The notes under the pieces are model-generated. The model worked only from the letters and a program-made list of their open reading frames with translations, was not told the origin of the DNA and searched no databases. A stretch of DNA of 64,000 bases from contig CAYPXF010000001.1 in assembly GCA_964415025.1 (NCBI GenBank), positions 78,629 through 142,628 on the forward strand. Reading direction: 5' to 3'. Position 1 is the stretch's first letter, and the number at the start of each line of letters is the position of its first letter. This stretch comes from an uncultured Gammaproteobacteria bacterium. Its GTDB lineage: Bacteria > Patescibacteriota > Patescibacteriia > UBA10025 > JAHIVO01. Position numbers and translations under genes: made by a program. Below are positions 48,656 to 58,692 of this stretch, piece after piece.

Positions 48656-48782
48656 CGCGTATATTAAGCCTTTCTATTATATGAAGGGCTTTCTTTTTGC
48701 GCACTTACCCTTGACAAATTAAGTATGCTATGGTAGATTATATTGTTATAAATATGAATTGTACGATATAATATAAAAAGGT

Positions 48783-50378
48783 ATGACTGCTAAACAAGCA
48801 CAAAAAAATATCAGCCATCATTGTAAACGTGCGGGCGAGCATACAAAACATTTTTTCATACCGCACCACGGCAACAACCACCATCCCCACGCTTTGCGAC
48901 CACCGGCACTACGTTTGTACGCCGTGTCAATTATTGGTATCAAATTGTTTGTTAGTGCTTTTCTCTTTGCCGCGTACCCGTCGACAGGTGAATTCGCGAC
49001 CATTGCCCGGGCTGAAATACTAAACCTAACCAATAGCTCCCGAGCTGCTGCCGGCGTGGCTGCGTTATCTATGAGTACGACCCTGAACCAGGCTGCCCAG
49101 CTCAAGGCCGAGCATATGCTGGCACACGGCTATTTTGCCCATACAGCGCCAGACGGCACCAAGCCATGGTCTTTTCTCAAACAGGCCGGCTACGACTATA
49201 CTGCCGCGGGTGAAAATTTGGCTATGGACTTTACCGAGGCCAGCACAGTGCACGCCGCCTTTATGAACAGCCCGTCGCATAAGAAAAATATCATGAACGC
49301 CAAGTACACTGAAATGGGTGTGGCCGTACTCGAGGGTGAGCTAAACGGTACGCAGACGATTATTTTAGTCGAGTTTTTCGGTACACCGTACCAATCTCCT
49401 GCTACTCCGGTAGCCGAACCCGAGCCAACGCCAGCTCCCGAACCTGAACCAGTCCCTACTCCTGCGCCCGAGCCTGCCCCAACACCAGAACCTACTCCTG
49501 CGCCTGAACCTACTCCTGCGCCTGAACCTACTCCGGCGCCCGAGCCAGAACCCGAGCCAGCACCTACTCCTGCTCCCCGGCCAACAGCGGCTGAAATCGC
49601 GGCTAATCCAATTAACTACCAGGCCGAGCTCTCTGACCAGAGCGCTGAACAGCTGGGTATCAAAACACTGGAGGAATTTGACTACTGGGTAGAGTTTAAA
49701 AACACCGGCACGGCCACTTGGACTAAAAGCGGCGAGTATTATGTCGCCCTGAACGTAACCAACCCGGCTGGCCGACACAGCGAGTTTGAGCATGAAACCT
49801 GGGTCGAATACTATCGTCCGGCCGTATTACTACAGTCTTCAGCTGCCCCGGGAGAGGTTGGCCGGTTCGAATTCACGCTCCAGGCACCAGAAGAGGCCGG
49901 TACGTACGAAGAATCGTTTGGTCTGGTAGCAGAAGACCTGGCCTGGATTGACGGCGGTTCGATCGAATTGCCTATCGTAGTCGTGGCTCCGCCCGAAAAA
50001 AGCACTGAAACCGAAGTAGAGGTGGTTAATACCCCGCTCTCTACCTCGCCTGACCAACCTGACACCCCGTCTGAACCAACACCCACAATAGAACCACTGG
50101 CCACTGAAGAAGCCGAGGGGCCTATCGTGGAATCACAGTCATTTGACAGCGACGAACAAAGTTTTGTGGCGAAAATTATCGAATACTCGCATCAATACTA
50201 CGCAATTATACTGGCTTTTCTGATAATCGCGCTCGGCATCAATATATTTGTTGATGTCCGCGTGCAGCACGCTCATGTTATTGCGCAGACACTGATCGTC
50301 ATCATTATAGCGTCTGCCGCTATTTTCCTGCACCCGCACTTCCTGGAACAGCTGCCAAAAGCCTTTAAAATCATATAA
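48783..50378 (+). CDS. CAP domain surface protein with Pro-rich linker, Ig-like domain and C-terminal TMs
   Basis: GYFAHTAPDG, GENLA, FMNSPSHKKNI; FKNTGTATW..APGEVGRFEF. Confidence 0.9.
   Translation: MTAKQAQKNISHHCKRAGEHTKHFFIPHHGNNHHPHALRPPALRLYAVSIIGIKLFVSAFLFAAYPSTGEFATIARAEILNLTNSSRAAAGVAALSMSTTLNQAAQLKAEHMLAHGYFAHTAPDGTKPWSFLKQAGYDYTAAGENLAMDFTEASTVHAAFMNSPSHKKNIMNAKYTEMGVAVLEGELNGTQTIILVEFFGTPYQSPATPVAEPEPTPAPEPEPVPTPAPEPAPTPEPTPAPEPTPAPEPTPAPEPEPEPAPTPAPRPTAAEIAANPINYQAELSDQSAEQLGIKTLEEFDYWVEFKNTGTATWTKSGEYYVALNVTNPAGRHSEFEHETWVEYYRPAVLLQSSAAPGEVGRFEFTLQAPEEAGTYEESFGLVAEDLAWIDGGSIELPIVVVAPPEKSTETEVEVVNTPLSTSPDQPDTPSEPTPTIEPLATEEAEGPIVESQSFDSDEQSFVAKIIEYSHQYYAIILAFLIIALGINIFVDVRVQHAHVIAQTLIVIIIASAAIFLHPHFLEQLPKAFKII
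49410..49578 (+). repeat. coding 18-bp tandem repeat (PEPTPA)n
   Basis: CCTGAACCTACTCCTGCG-like units. Confidence 0.9.
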
Positions 50379-50499
50379 AACAAGCATAACAGGGGCTCGA
50401 TCCCTGTTTTTGGCGATACCGGGGCCTGGCTTGACTGGTTTGGCTGTTTTTATTACAATACAATAATTATCTCTTAAACAAGTAACCAAAAGAAACCGT

Positions 50500-51633
50500 A
50501 TGATAAGCAGGATTTACAGGGGGGCTGTTAATTCACGATGGCTGATTATTGCCGCCGTGGGATTTTTTGTTTTATGCTGGGGCATGGTAGCCCAGGCGCA
50601 GACTGATACTAATCATCCGCCGATGATTACCTCTGAACCAGAGATTGAACTCACGACTGATGAGCTGTTCCGCTATGAAATTACGGCGACTGACCGTAAC
50701 GATGACACGCTTGTCTACAGTCTGACGACCGCGCCAGATGAGGCTATTATTGCAAATAATATAGTTTCCTGGCAGCCAACCGAGCCCGGAACGTATAATT
50801 TTGTGATTGAGGTAACCGACGATCAGGCGGGTTTTGATACCCAGGCCTGGCAAGTTACCGTCGCTACCGGCCAAACTGCGTCCATCGTTATTACCCCTAA
50901 TGACCGACCGACACTCGTACCCATCGGCTCGAGCCAGCAGTTTTCCGCTCGGCTATATGATGCGTACAATAACCCAATCACTGATATTAATCCGGTATGG
51001 ACCACTGATCCGATTACCGGCACCATTACTGACAATGGATTGTTCTTTGCCAAAACCGGAGGAATCGGCTATGTAGCAGCTACTGCGGAAAACATAACCA
51101 CTTCTATCGGCGTCATCGTGAAGGATATCCGCTCCGAGCTCGTGACTGAAACGCAGGCCGATGAACCAACAGCGGACGAAGCAGCAGAACAAACAGACGC
51201 GCCAACCGAACAAACAGCGCCAGTGGAGAATACTGCCCCTGAACAAGAACAGGACGAGGGCGATGTGATGGGCGAAGAAACAATTGCTGAAACCGGTACT
51301 GAAGAAGCGGCTACCGAAGAGAACGATGAAGCAGCTGCCTGCACTAACTGGGCGCACTGGGCTATTATTACTATCCTGGCGGTCTACGGTTTGGCATTGA
51401 TCGTGTTCTTCCGCTATGAAAAGAAAAACCGGGCCGGTAGCTGGTGGATATTTCCGACTCTGCTGACAGTAATCGGTCTGATACTGTATTACAAATACTT
51501 CTGCCCCGAGACGTATTTGTGGTGGCCGTGGGTATTAGTCGGCATTGGCGTAGTCGTTACTATCTTTTTCAAAGGCAGGCCAAATAACCCAACGGATGAA
51601 ATTGATGACTCGCAGAATGAGCTGCCACTCTAG
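50500..51633 (+). CDS. Ig-like domain surface protein with acidic linker and three C-terminal TMs
   Basis: NHPPMITS..ATDRNDDTLVYSL..SWQP; QQFSA..DAYNN..W..GTIT..GLF. Confidence 0.8.
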   Translation: MISRIYRGAVNSRWLIIAAVGFFVLCWGMVAQAQTDTNHPPMITSEPEIELTTDELFRYEITATDRNDDTLVYSLTTAPDEAIIANNIVSWQPTEPGTYNFVIEVTDDQAGFDTQAWQVTVATGQTASIVITPNDRPTLVPIGSSQQFSARLYDAYNNPITDINPVWTTDPITGTITDNGLFFAKTGGIGYVAATAENITTSIGVIVKDIRSELVTETQADEPTADEAAEQTDAPTEQTAPVENTAPEQEQDEGDVMGEETIAETGTEEAATEENDEAAACTNWAHWAIITILAVYGLALIVFFRYEKKNRAGSWWIFPTLLTVIGLILYYKYFCPETYLWWPWVLVGIGVVVTIFFKGRPNNPTDEIDDSQNELPL

Positions 51634-51700
51634 ATTCTGACTACGGCTATCATAATAAAGACCCGTTCATCAATAGCGGGTCTTTTTCTTTCCGCTGCTG

Positions 51701-52513
51701 CTACAGTACGATAAAAGCGATAATAATAATGCCAAGTGCAATCCGGTACCAGCCAAACGCATTCAGCGGTCTATGCTCCAGAAAGCGCAGTAAAAACTTG
51801 ATAGCAAAGTAGCCGACGACCGCGGCAGTTGCCAGGCCTACTGCCATGACGACCCATTCAGCGCCACTAATACCAACTGCCGTGAGGTCGTACATTTTTT
51901 TCATGCCCGCACCGAAAACCACGGGTATGGACAAGAGGAAGGAAAACCGAGCCGCGTGCACCCGTCGTAAGCCAAGTCCCATGCCAGTAATGATGGTGAT
52001 GCCAGAACGGGAAACGCCAGGTAAGAGCGCGGCTGCCTGGGCTAGGCCGATCAATAAGGCTGATTTCCAGGACAGCCTTTCTAATCCATGCGCCTGCCGG
52101 GCCACGCGTTCGATGACGAAAAACAACAAGCCAACACCGATCAGCAGTCCGGCCACCAGCCACAAATTACGGAATACAGTCTCGGCATAGTCCATCACCA
52201 GATAGCCAACGATAAAAGCAGGCACCGAACCAAGCGCAATATACCAGGCCAGCCGCTGCTGCATGTCGTGAGCCAGATTCCAGTTGGCAAAACTACTAAA
52301 CAATGCTACGATATATGCACTTATTTCTCGGCGAAAAAAAACGACCAAGGCAAATAGCGTTCCTAGATGCAGCGCCACGTCAAAACCTAGATTGTTCACA
52401 AAATCAAAATCCAGCATTTCATGAGCGACGACTAGATGACCGGAGCTGGAAATTGGCCAAAATTCTGTCAGTCCCTGGACAATACCGAGTATAATTGAGT
52501 AAATATATTCCAT
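51701..52513 (-). CDS. uppP: undecaprenyl-diphosphate phosphatase
   Basis: QGLTEFWPISSSGH, PGVSRSG, FSFLLSIP. Confidence 0.96.
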   Translation of the reverse strand: MEYIYSIILGIVQGLTEFWPISSSGHLVVAHEMLDFDFVNNLGFDVALHLGTLFALVVFFRREISAYIVALFSSFANWNLAHDMQQRLAWYIALGSVPAFIVGYLVMDYAETVFRNLWLVAGLLIGVGLLFFVIERVARQAHGLERLSWKSALLIGLAQAAALLPGVSRSGITIITGMGLGLRRVHAARFSFLLSIPVVFGAGMKKMYDLTAVGISGAEWVVMAVGLATAAVVGYFAIKFLLRFLEHRPLNAFGWYRIALGIIIIAFIVL

Positions 52514-52515
52514 AT

Positions 52516-52959
52516 ATGCTGCTCTCGATAGAAATAATTTTAACTGCGGTAATAACGTTTATTGTAGTACAATCAATAAAATTAGCAACTGACGGGATCA
52601 AGGGGAATTATAACATTCGCAGTATCCTGTCCACGTACGGCGGCATGCCCTCAAGCCACGCCGCATTTGTTATTTCCCTGACTACGCTGGTTGGCTATCG
52701 TGAGGGTACTGATTCTACCGCCTTTGGCATTGCCCTTATTTTTTCATTGATTGTTATCGTGGATGCCATTTTTTTGCGCAAATACATTAATCTGCAGGGA
52801 TTGGCGCTGCAGCGACTTATTCAGGTATTACCGCCAGATCAGCAGAAAAGCTTTCCCGCCATCACCACCGGACTACAGCACACCTTTTCACAGGTTGTCG
52901 TCGGCAGTATTATCGGTTTTCTCATCGCCACTGCCGTGCATTGGCTGGTAGTAGCGTAA
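52516..52959 (+). CDS. divergent PAP2 family protein (DUF212)
   Basis: QSIK, GGMPSSHAA, DA..LR, HTFSQV..G. Confidence 0.88.
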   Translation: MLLSIEIILTAVITFIVVQSIKLATDGIKGNYNIRSILSTYGGMPSSHAAFVISLTTLVGYREGTDSTAFGIALIFSLIVIVDAIFLRKYINLQGLALQRLIQVLPPDQQKSFPAITTGLQHTFSQVVVGSIIGFLIATAVHWLVVA

Positions 52960-53826
52960 TCATTGCTGGCAAGTCGGGCAAAACGTCGTGCCGCGGCCGC
53001 CCAGCACTATATAGCCTATCGCCATACTACAGCGCGGACAGGGCTCTCCTTTGCGTCCGTATATTTTGAGGTACGGCACGTACTCCCCCGGCCGCCCATA
53101 GGCATCGACATAATTCTGGGAAGAGGTCCCCTGTTTTTTAACAGCCTGCCGCAGGATCGTACGAAGCGCGGTGAACAACCGCCGCTGTTCTGCGCTCGTC
53201 AGTGTCTGTGCCCGACGTGTCGGCCGGATACCCGCCCGCCAGCACGCTTCAGTAGCATAAATATTTCCAACCCCGGCGATAAACGTCTGATCCATTAGTA
53301 ATTGTTTGATTTTGCTCTGGGGCCTGCGTTCCAGGTTGTCTGAAAACTTTTTTAGTGTAAATAACCGCGCCAGCGGTTCTGGACCGAGCGCCATGGTTCG
53401 CCATAAGTCTGCCAGCTTGGCTTGCTTGAGATAACGGACATAGCCGAATTGCCTGGTATCATTAAAAAATAATGTGCCGCCGCCTGCCAAGCTGAAAATA
53501 ATATGTGAATATTTGTTCGGCAGATCCTGAATATCGTGCTGTATCGGATGTCCGCCTACAGCTATTTTTTTCCGTGAAATATAGACGAGCTGGCCCGTCA
53601 TTTTCAGATGAAATAACAATACAGTACCGTTATCCAGTTCCCAGTACAGTAATTTCGCGCGTCGTTTGACTGATTTGACGCGCGTACCCAAAACCGTCCG
53701 GCGAAACGACGGAACCGTATTGCGTACCATTTTTTTCAGACGTATATCAATACCGGTTATTTTCTTACCCGGCAGTTCACGCGCCAGCTGGCGGCGGATA
53801 GTCTCGACTTCTGGTAATTCAGGCAT
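52960..53826 (-). CDS. mutM: formamidopyrimidine-DNA glycosylase
   Basis: MPELPEVET, HLKMTG, AGVGNIY, C-terminal zinc finger. Confidence 0.97.
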   Translation of the reverse strand: MPELPEVETIRRQLARELPGKKITGIDIRLKKMVRNTVPSFRRTVLGTRVKSVKRRAKLLYWELDNGTVLLFHLKMTGQLVYISRKKIAVGGHPIQHDIQDLPNKYSHIIFSLAGGGTLFFNDTRQFGYVRYLKQAKLADLWRTMALGPEPLARLFTLKKFSDNLERRPQSKIKQLLMDQTFIAGVGNIYATEACWRAGIRPTRRAQTLTSAEQRRLFTALRTILRQAVKKQGTSSQNYVDAYGRPGEYVPYLKIYGRKGEPCPRCSMAIGYIVLGGRGTTFCPTCQQ

Positions 53827-53832
53827 GTGGCG

Positions 53833-54285
53833 CTATATATTGAGCCTCTTTTTCAGGATGTTATTGTAAATATCACGCCTGGCCACCACGCCGATAACTT
53901 CATTTGACTGGCCGACGACCATGACCCGGTGGATGCCGCGTACCAGCATAATCGAGCCGACCTGCATCAGCGACGCATCCGGATTTACTGTGACTACTTC
54001 CCTAGTCATAATATCGACGACCGGCTTGTCAGCTGATTCCATGGTCTTTTCCTCCAGCTTGTCCAGATCTATCCATATGCCCGGACTGTCATAAAACTCT
54101 GCGTGAGAAGGATATAGTGACTTGAATATATCTTTTTCTGACACTATTCCAATCATTGTGCCCTCTTGGTCCAATACCGGCGCGCCAGAAACCCCCGCCG
54201 TTGACAGTATTTCGGCCGCATCCCGCAGTGTAGCGGTGTGCGGAACAGTAACCACTGATTTGTTCATGATCTCCGATACGTTCAT
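53833..54285 (-). CDS. CBS domain pair protein
   Basis: VSEIM..SGAPV..GIVSEKD; VVDIMTREVVTV. Confidence 0.9.
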   Translation of the reverse strand: MNVSEIMNKSVVTVPHTATLRDAAEILSTAGVSGAPVLDQEGTMIGIVSEKDIFKSLYPSHAEFYDSPGIWIDLDKLEEKTMESADKPVVDIMTREVVTVNPDASLMQVGSIMLVRGIHRVMVVGQSNEVIGVVARRDIYNNILKKRLNI

Positions 54286-54342
54286 AGTATTGCTTTATTA
54301 TGTATAGCTTTAGTATAGCGTACTATCGCGGTTTAGTAAAAG

Positions 54343-55572
54343 CTAATCTCGGAATAGCACTGATTCTTTTCGGTAGATGTATGCGGCAAAATATATTGCT
54401 ATCAGAGCATATAGTATAGATGAAATCACCGTGATGCTTATATGAGTCACGTCATACGTGCCGATCAATACCTCCTTAAACAGCAGGATAGCATTGACTA
54501 CGGGCAGCGCGAAAAACCACGCAGCTGGCTGGAAATTCGGCAAAGTATTGACGATGACCGTCGGTAAAATAATAACCAAATATGATGGTCCGATGTAGCT
54601 CTGGGCTTCTTTATAGCTTTTGGCGAAAATCGATATGGAAAGCTGCACTGCGGAAAACATTAACACTAGCAAAACACTAACGCCGAACAGTATCAGAATC
54701 GCCATTGGTTCGATCGAAAAATCGAGTCCGCTGGCTTGCATCGCCTGCGCAGAGGAACTATCACCTGTTTGACCGTAATCGCCAAACCCAAACACGGCGA
54801 TTGCCGCATACAGACTGCCCAGGGCGACCACTACTGAAACCAGCGCCGCGGTCGATACGGCTAAAAACTTGCCAAATACTATATCCAGGCGCCGTACCGG
54901 AGTCAGTAATAACGACTCGAGTGTTTTGCGCTCTTTTTCTCCGGCCGAGGTGTCCATAGCCACGTACTGGCCGCCAACCACCGACCACATGATGATAAAT
55001 AAGGGCAACAGAAATCCCAGGCCAAATCCGCCGACCTCTTCTTTGGTTGCCACATCTTGTCCCTGGATCGTAATGCCGGTGAGAATGCTCTGGTCTATAC
55101 CCGTAGTACTGAATCGCTGGGCAATAATGTTTTTGGTATAGGCAGCGGCTACCTCGTTAATACGCTGGACAGCGGCGGTTGAATCGGTGTTAATAGAATT
55201 ACGCACTACGGTGACAGGTACTGGTTGCTGTTGGTCAACCAGTGTTTGGAAGTTTTCCGGCAACTCCAGCCCGGCATCGAAGGCATCATCTCTCACCAGG
55301 GCGCGTATATCCCCGTCGTAATCAGCCACAACATCAACACGCTCATGTGCGGCCAGCTGATCGATAAAAGCAGGCGCTGCCTCGTCATTGTCCACTGCTA
55401 TTCGCACTATTGTTTCTTCTGCCTGCCTGATTTGGTATTCGGTGAACTTGCCAATGCCGACAATCAGCACCGGCATCAGAAATATGGGCATGATAATCAT
55501 GGCCATGAGCGTGCGGCGGTCGCGGATCGTATCGCGAAGTTCTTTTTTCCAGATGGTAGTTATCTTTTTCAT
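54343..55572 (-). CDS. ABC-2 permease, NatB-like
   Basis: KELRDTIRDRRT, AGEKERKTLESLLLTP, AKSYKEAQ, LPVVN. Confidence 0.9.
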   Translation of the reverse strand: MKKITTIWKKELRDTIRDRRTLMAMIIMPIFLMPVLIVGIGKFTEYQIRQAEETIVRIAVDNDEAAPAFIDQLAAHERVDVVADYDGDIRALVRDDAFDAGLELPENFQTLVDQQQPVPVTVVRNSINTDSTAAVQRINEVAAAYTKNIIAQRFSTTGIDQSILTGITIQGQDVATKEEVGGFGLGFLLPLFIIMWSVVGGQYVAMDTSAGEKERKTLESLLLTPVRRLDIVFGKFLAVSTAALVSVVVALGSLYAAIAVFGFGDYGQTGDSSSAQAMQASGLDFSIEPMAILILFGVSVLLVLMFSAVQLSISIFAKSYKEAQSYIGPSYLVIILPTVIVNTLPNFQPAAWFFALPVVNAILLFKEVLIGTYDVTHISITVISSILYALIAIYFAAYIYRKESVLFRD

Positions 55573-56231
55573 ATTTCCTGCAAAATATCTCGTAAATCAC
55601 TTATTTCATAATCAGGCCGTATCTGCAATACGTGCTCTTTGTTAAACTGATTGCGCACGTAATAGGTAGTAGCGCCGACCGCCTGGCCGGCCTGAATGTC
55701 GCTTTCCCGGTCGCCGATTTTTATTATTGTTCCGTGGTGATTAGATTTGATATATGATTGCAAAGCCTGCGCCTTGAGCTGCTGTATTTCTGTTTTTTGG
55801 CGCGGTTCACTATGCATGTCAAGGCCGATATAGTCGTCAATGTATTGATCGAGCGCCACAAGTTTCACGAACCACCGTAGGGCATCAGGCGCGGTATTGC
55901 TCATAATGACGTTGGTAGATCCGGCGGATTTAATTTTCGATAGTACTGCCTGGGCGTGGGGCGCGGATTTAATATGCCGCGGCACGATTTCCCGGGCCGG
56001 CCGGCTGACAAACGTTTTCATCTGTAGCCATGCCTGCTGATTGCCGCTCGGGTGGACAAAGCGGAAATAGTCTATCCAGCTCAACCCATACAGCTCCACA
56101 GCCTCCTCCAATGACATGCGCCGTGACTCCCCTACATATTCGGCTGCCATATTCACCAATTCCTGGACGGCCCGGACATTTCCCGTTTCCAGCGTACCGT
56201 GAAAATCCCAGACAAAAAGCATTGGCTTCAT
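55569..56231 (-). CDS. HAD-family hydrolase
   Basis: WDFHGTL, SN, IGDRESDIQAG, PDYEI. Confidence 0.85.
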   Translation of the reverse strand: MKPMLFVWDFHGTLETGNVRAVQELVNMAAEYVGESRRMSLEEAVELYGLSWIDYFRFVHPSGNQQAWLQMKTFVSRPAREIVPRHIKSAPHAQAVLSKIKSAGSTNVIMSNTAPDALRWFVKLVALDQYIDDYIGLDMHSEPRQKTEIQQLKAQALQSYIKSNHHGTIIKIGDRESDIQAGQAVGATTYYVRNQFNKEHVLQIRPDYEISDLRDILQEI

Positions 56232-57217
56232 GAGGAATGTTTTTTAAGATATGTTCTGGTCACCATAATCCCCAGCGCGCCGATCAGGACCAGAGCAGTA
56301 CCCATTGTTTGCGCCCATTCGGCAATATCAGATAAAAACAGCGGTACCAGGCCAATAACAATAACAAAATACGCAGCCACACGGAGCTGCTGAACGACGA
56401 CTTTCATATCGCGCTTTTTCTCCGGTGCTGCGGTTCTGTCATCTGATACCCTGGCGGTCTCTGATTTGGCTCGCTGTTCCGGCCTGCCCTGGACTAATCG
56501 CAAAAATGCATTCTCGAGATTGTCAGTTCGTGTTTTTTGCTTAATATCATCGAGTGTATCAATTGCAATTATGCTCCCGCGGTGGATGATAGCGACACGA
56601 TCACACAGACGCTCGGCGTCAGACATTTGGTGCGTCGATAAAATAACAAGCCGTCCCAGGTCGCGCGAACGGCGCATGAACCGCATCACTGTCTGGGCGG
56701 CCAATACGTCAAGTCCTGACGTCGGCTCATCAAAAATAATAATTTTCGGATCATGGATCACCGAGCGTGCGATTGCCAGCTTTTGCTTCATGCCAGTGGA
56801 GTACTTGCCTGCCCGCTTGTCAATAAAATCAGCCATAGCCAATAAATCAATCAGCTCGCTGATGCGCCTATCCAAATCACCCGCCGACATGCTGTACAGA
56901 CGGCCATAGTAGCGCAAATTTTCCCTCCCGGTAAAACGATCGTACACGCCGATATCAGTCGTCAGCACGCCGATACGCTGGCGCACATTTTCTGGGTCCT
57001 GGCGGATATCAAAACCATCTACCAGGGCTGTCCCGTCAGTTGCTTGCAAAGTCGTCGCAATCAATCGAATAGTGGTTGTTTTACCGGCACCATTTGGTCC
57101 GAGCAGGCCAAAAATTTCACCCGAACGGGCGGCAAAGCTCGCCTTATCAACAGCGGTTATGTCTCCGGTTTTGGCCTTGAATTTTTTTGTTAATCCTTTG
57201 ACGACGAGCAGATCCAT
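56228..57217 (-). CDS. ABC ATP-binding protein, NatA-like, with two C-terminal TM helices
   Basis: GPNGAGKTT, YSTGMKQK, FDEPTSGLD, STH. Confidence 0.92.
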   Translation of the reverse strand: MDLLVVKGLTKKFKAKTGDITAVDKASFAARSGEIFGLLGPNGAGKTTTIRLIATTLQATDGTALVDGFDIRQDPENVRQRIGVLTTDIGVYDRFTGRENLRYYGRLYSMSAGDLDRRISELIDLLAMADFIDKRAGKYSTGMKQKLAIARSVIHDPKIIIFDEPTSGLDVLAAQTVMRFMRRSRDLGRLVILSTHQMSDAERLCDRVAIIHRGSIIAIDTLDDIKQKTRTDNLENAFLRLVQGRPEQRAKSETARVSDDRTAAPEKKRDMKVVVQQLRVAAYFVIVIGLVPLFLSDIAEWAQTMGTALVLIGALGIMVTRTYLKKHSS

Positions 57218-57300
57218 AGTGTCGTAATTATACCGCCGCGCTATAGAAATATCAATGCAAAACAAGCTCTGTTATAACAGAAAACAGGCCAAATTGTTTA

Positions 57301-57792
57301 CTAAAATATTATGCGCCACACAAAAATACCGATCATCACCGCGCCGACGGCAAACTTGATTACCCCGCCGCCGATTAGCCCGATAAAACTTCCGGTACTG
57401 GAACGGAGAGCCTCACTGCTTCGCTTGCCGCCGATTAGCTCAAATCCGTAGGCGCCGACAAACGAACCGATTATCAGTCCGGGTAATCCGCTGGTGAGAA
57501 GACCGATAAACATCCCGGCCAGAGCGCCGACCATGCCCAGTTTGGTACCTCCCATGCGCCTGACACCGTACATGGTAGCCAGATAATCAATCAGCAGGCT
57601 AGCCGCAGTCAGAATAGCGAACAGGGCAATCGTATTCCAGGTAATAAGCTCAAACCCTTCGATAATAGCAAAGACAAATGCCGCGCCAAATATCAGCGGT
57701 ATACCGGGCAGTACTGGCAGTAGCACGCCCCACAGCCCGACAAACATAACCAGGAGGATAATGACGAAAAGGATAACCAAGCCGATAGACAT
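57301..57792 (-). CDS. DUF456 membrane protein
   Basis: LLPVLPG, DYLA..G.RRMGG, Gly-rich TMs. Confidence 0.85.
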   Translation of the reverse strand: MSIGLVILFVIILLVMFVGLWGVLLPVLPGIPLIFGAAFVFAIIEGFELITWNTIALFAILTAASLLIDYLATMYGVRRMGGTKLGMVGALAGMFIGLLTSGLPGLIIGSFVGAYGFELIGGKRSSEALRSSTGSFIGLIGGGVIKFAVGAVMIGIFVWRIIF

Positions 57793-57795
57793 GAC

Positions 57796-57993
57796 TTAAA
57801 ACGGTTTAAACGGATAATTGCGCACATCCTGCTCTGCTTTATCATGTGTCACTTTCTTGTCGCTTCGCTGCCACCCTTCACTCGTTTTTTTCATGAGGTA
57901 CAGTATGACACCGAGCCCAATGGCGATCAGCATGGGGAATCCCAGACTGTGCGCATCCGTGAAAAAATAGACAATATACTCAAGCCATTCCAT
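57796..57993 (-). CDS. small single-TM protein
   Basis: ORF packed in the operon. Confidence 0.55.
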   Translation of the reverse strand: MEWLEYIVYFFTDAHSLGFPMLIAIGLGVILYLMKKTSEGWQRSDKKVTHDKAEQDVRNYPFKPF

Positions 57994-58429
57994 CGTCTTT
58001 GTGCGTTAATTCAACAGTGGTTTTCCGCCTGATACCAAGCGTGGCGATAATAAGAATCGCGGTATAAATTAGAAATCCGTACACACATGCCGGCAGATCA
58101 CTAATTGGGGTTCGCAGTGTAACCAATTCATAAAATGAAAGTGACCCGGAAAATAACACGCCGACCACGGCGAGCCATAATATGCCCGCCATCCAGCCGC
58201 GTGTTTTGTTTCTCAAACCAAACAGCGCGAGTACGCCTACTGTTACATACATGCCAAAGCCGTATACGCAGGTAGGTAAGCCAAACAGCTCTATCGGTTT
58301 CGAACCGCAGCTGACTACCGCCTCTTGGCAGCCCGGTCCCCACAGTGTGTAGTAGGACAAATAACCGGAAAAAATAGTGCCGCCAATACCCAGTAGTAGC
58401 AGCACCCAATAGTATCGTATATAAATCAT
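57980..58429 (-). CDS. VKOR-like membrane thiol oxidoreductase
   Basis: SGYLS, C..SC, LFGLP.CVYG; the CxxC appears degenerate (PACVY). Confidence 0.65.
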   Translation of the reverse strand: MIYIRYYWVLLLLGIGGTIFSGYLSYYTLWGPGCQEAVVSCGSKPIELFGLPTCVYGFGMYVTVGVLALFGLRNKTRGWMAGILWLAVVGVLFSGSLSFYELVTLRTPISDLPACVYGFLIYTAILIIATLGIRRKTTVELTHKDDGMA

Positions 58430-58431
58430 AA

Positions 58432-58692
58432 TTATTTTTTACCTAGTTTCTTTAATTCGTTTTCAATATCATGGGCCAAGCGGTTGCCGATTCCTTCAAT
58501 TTTTTGTAAGCCGGCCAGCCAGCTGTGCGCGTATATCTCATCCACGCCGCGGTCAAGCTTGCGCAGAGCACTCGCGGCCCGGCGGTAAGCCACGGCTCTG
58601 AATTTATAGCGCTCTCCCTTTTGCTCCAGAACGCCAGCTTTGGCTAAGAACACATTGGCAATACGCTGGTTAGTTTCAGATGTCATATGCAT
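58432..58692 (-). CDS. stand-alone PolX N-terminal helix-hairpin-helix domain
   Basis: NQRIA..FRAVAYRRAA..L..IEGIG..I. Confidence 0.8.
   Translation of the reverse strand: MHMTSETNQRIANVFLAKAGVLEQKGERYKFRAVAYRRAASALRKLDRGVDEIYAHSWLAGLQKIEGIGNRLAHDIENELKKLGKK

Noticed and set aside
49410-49578. Pro-rich repeat as a novel element
   Set aside because: Ordinary cell-wall-spanning linker in a surface protein
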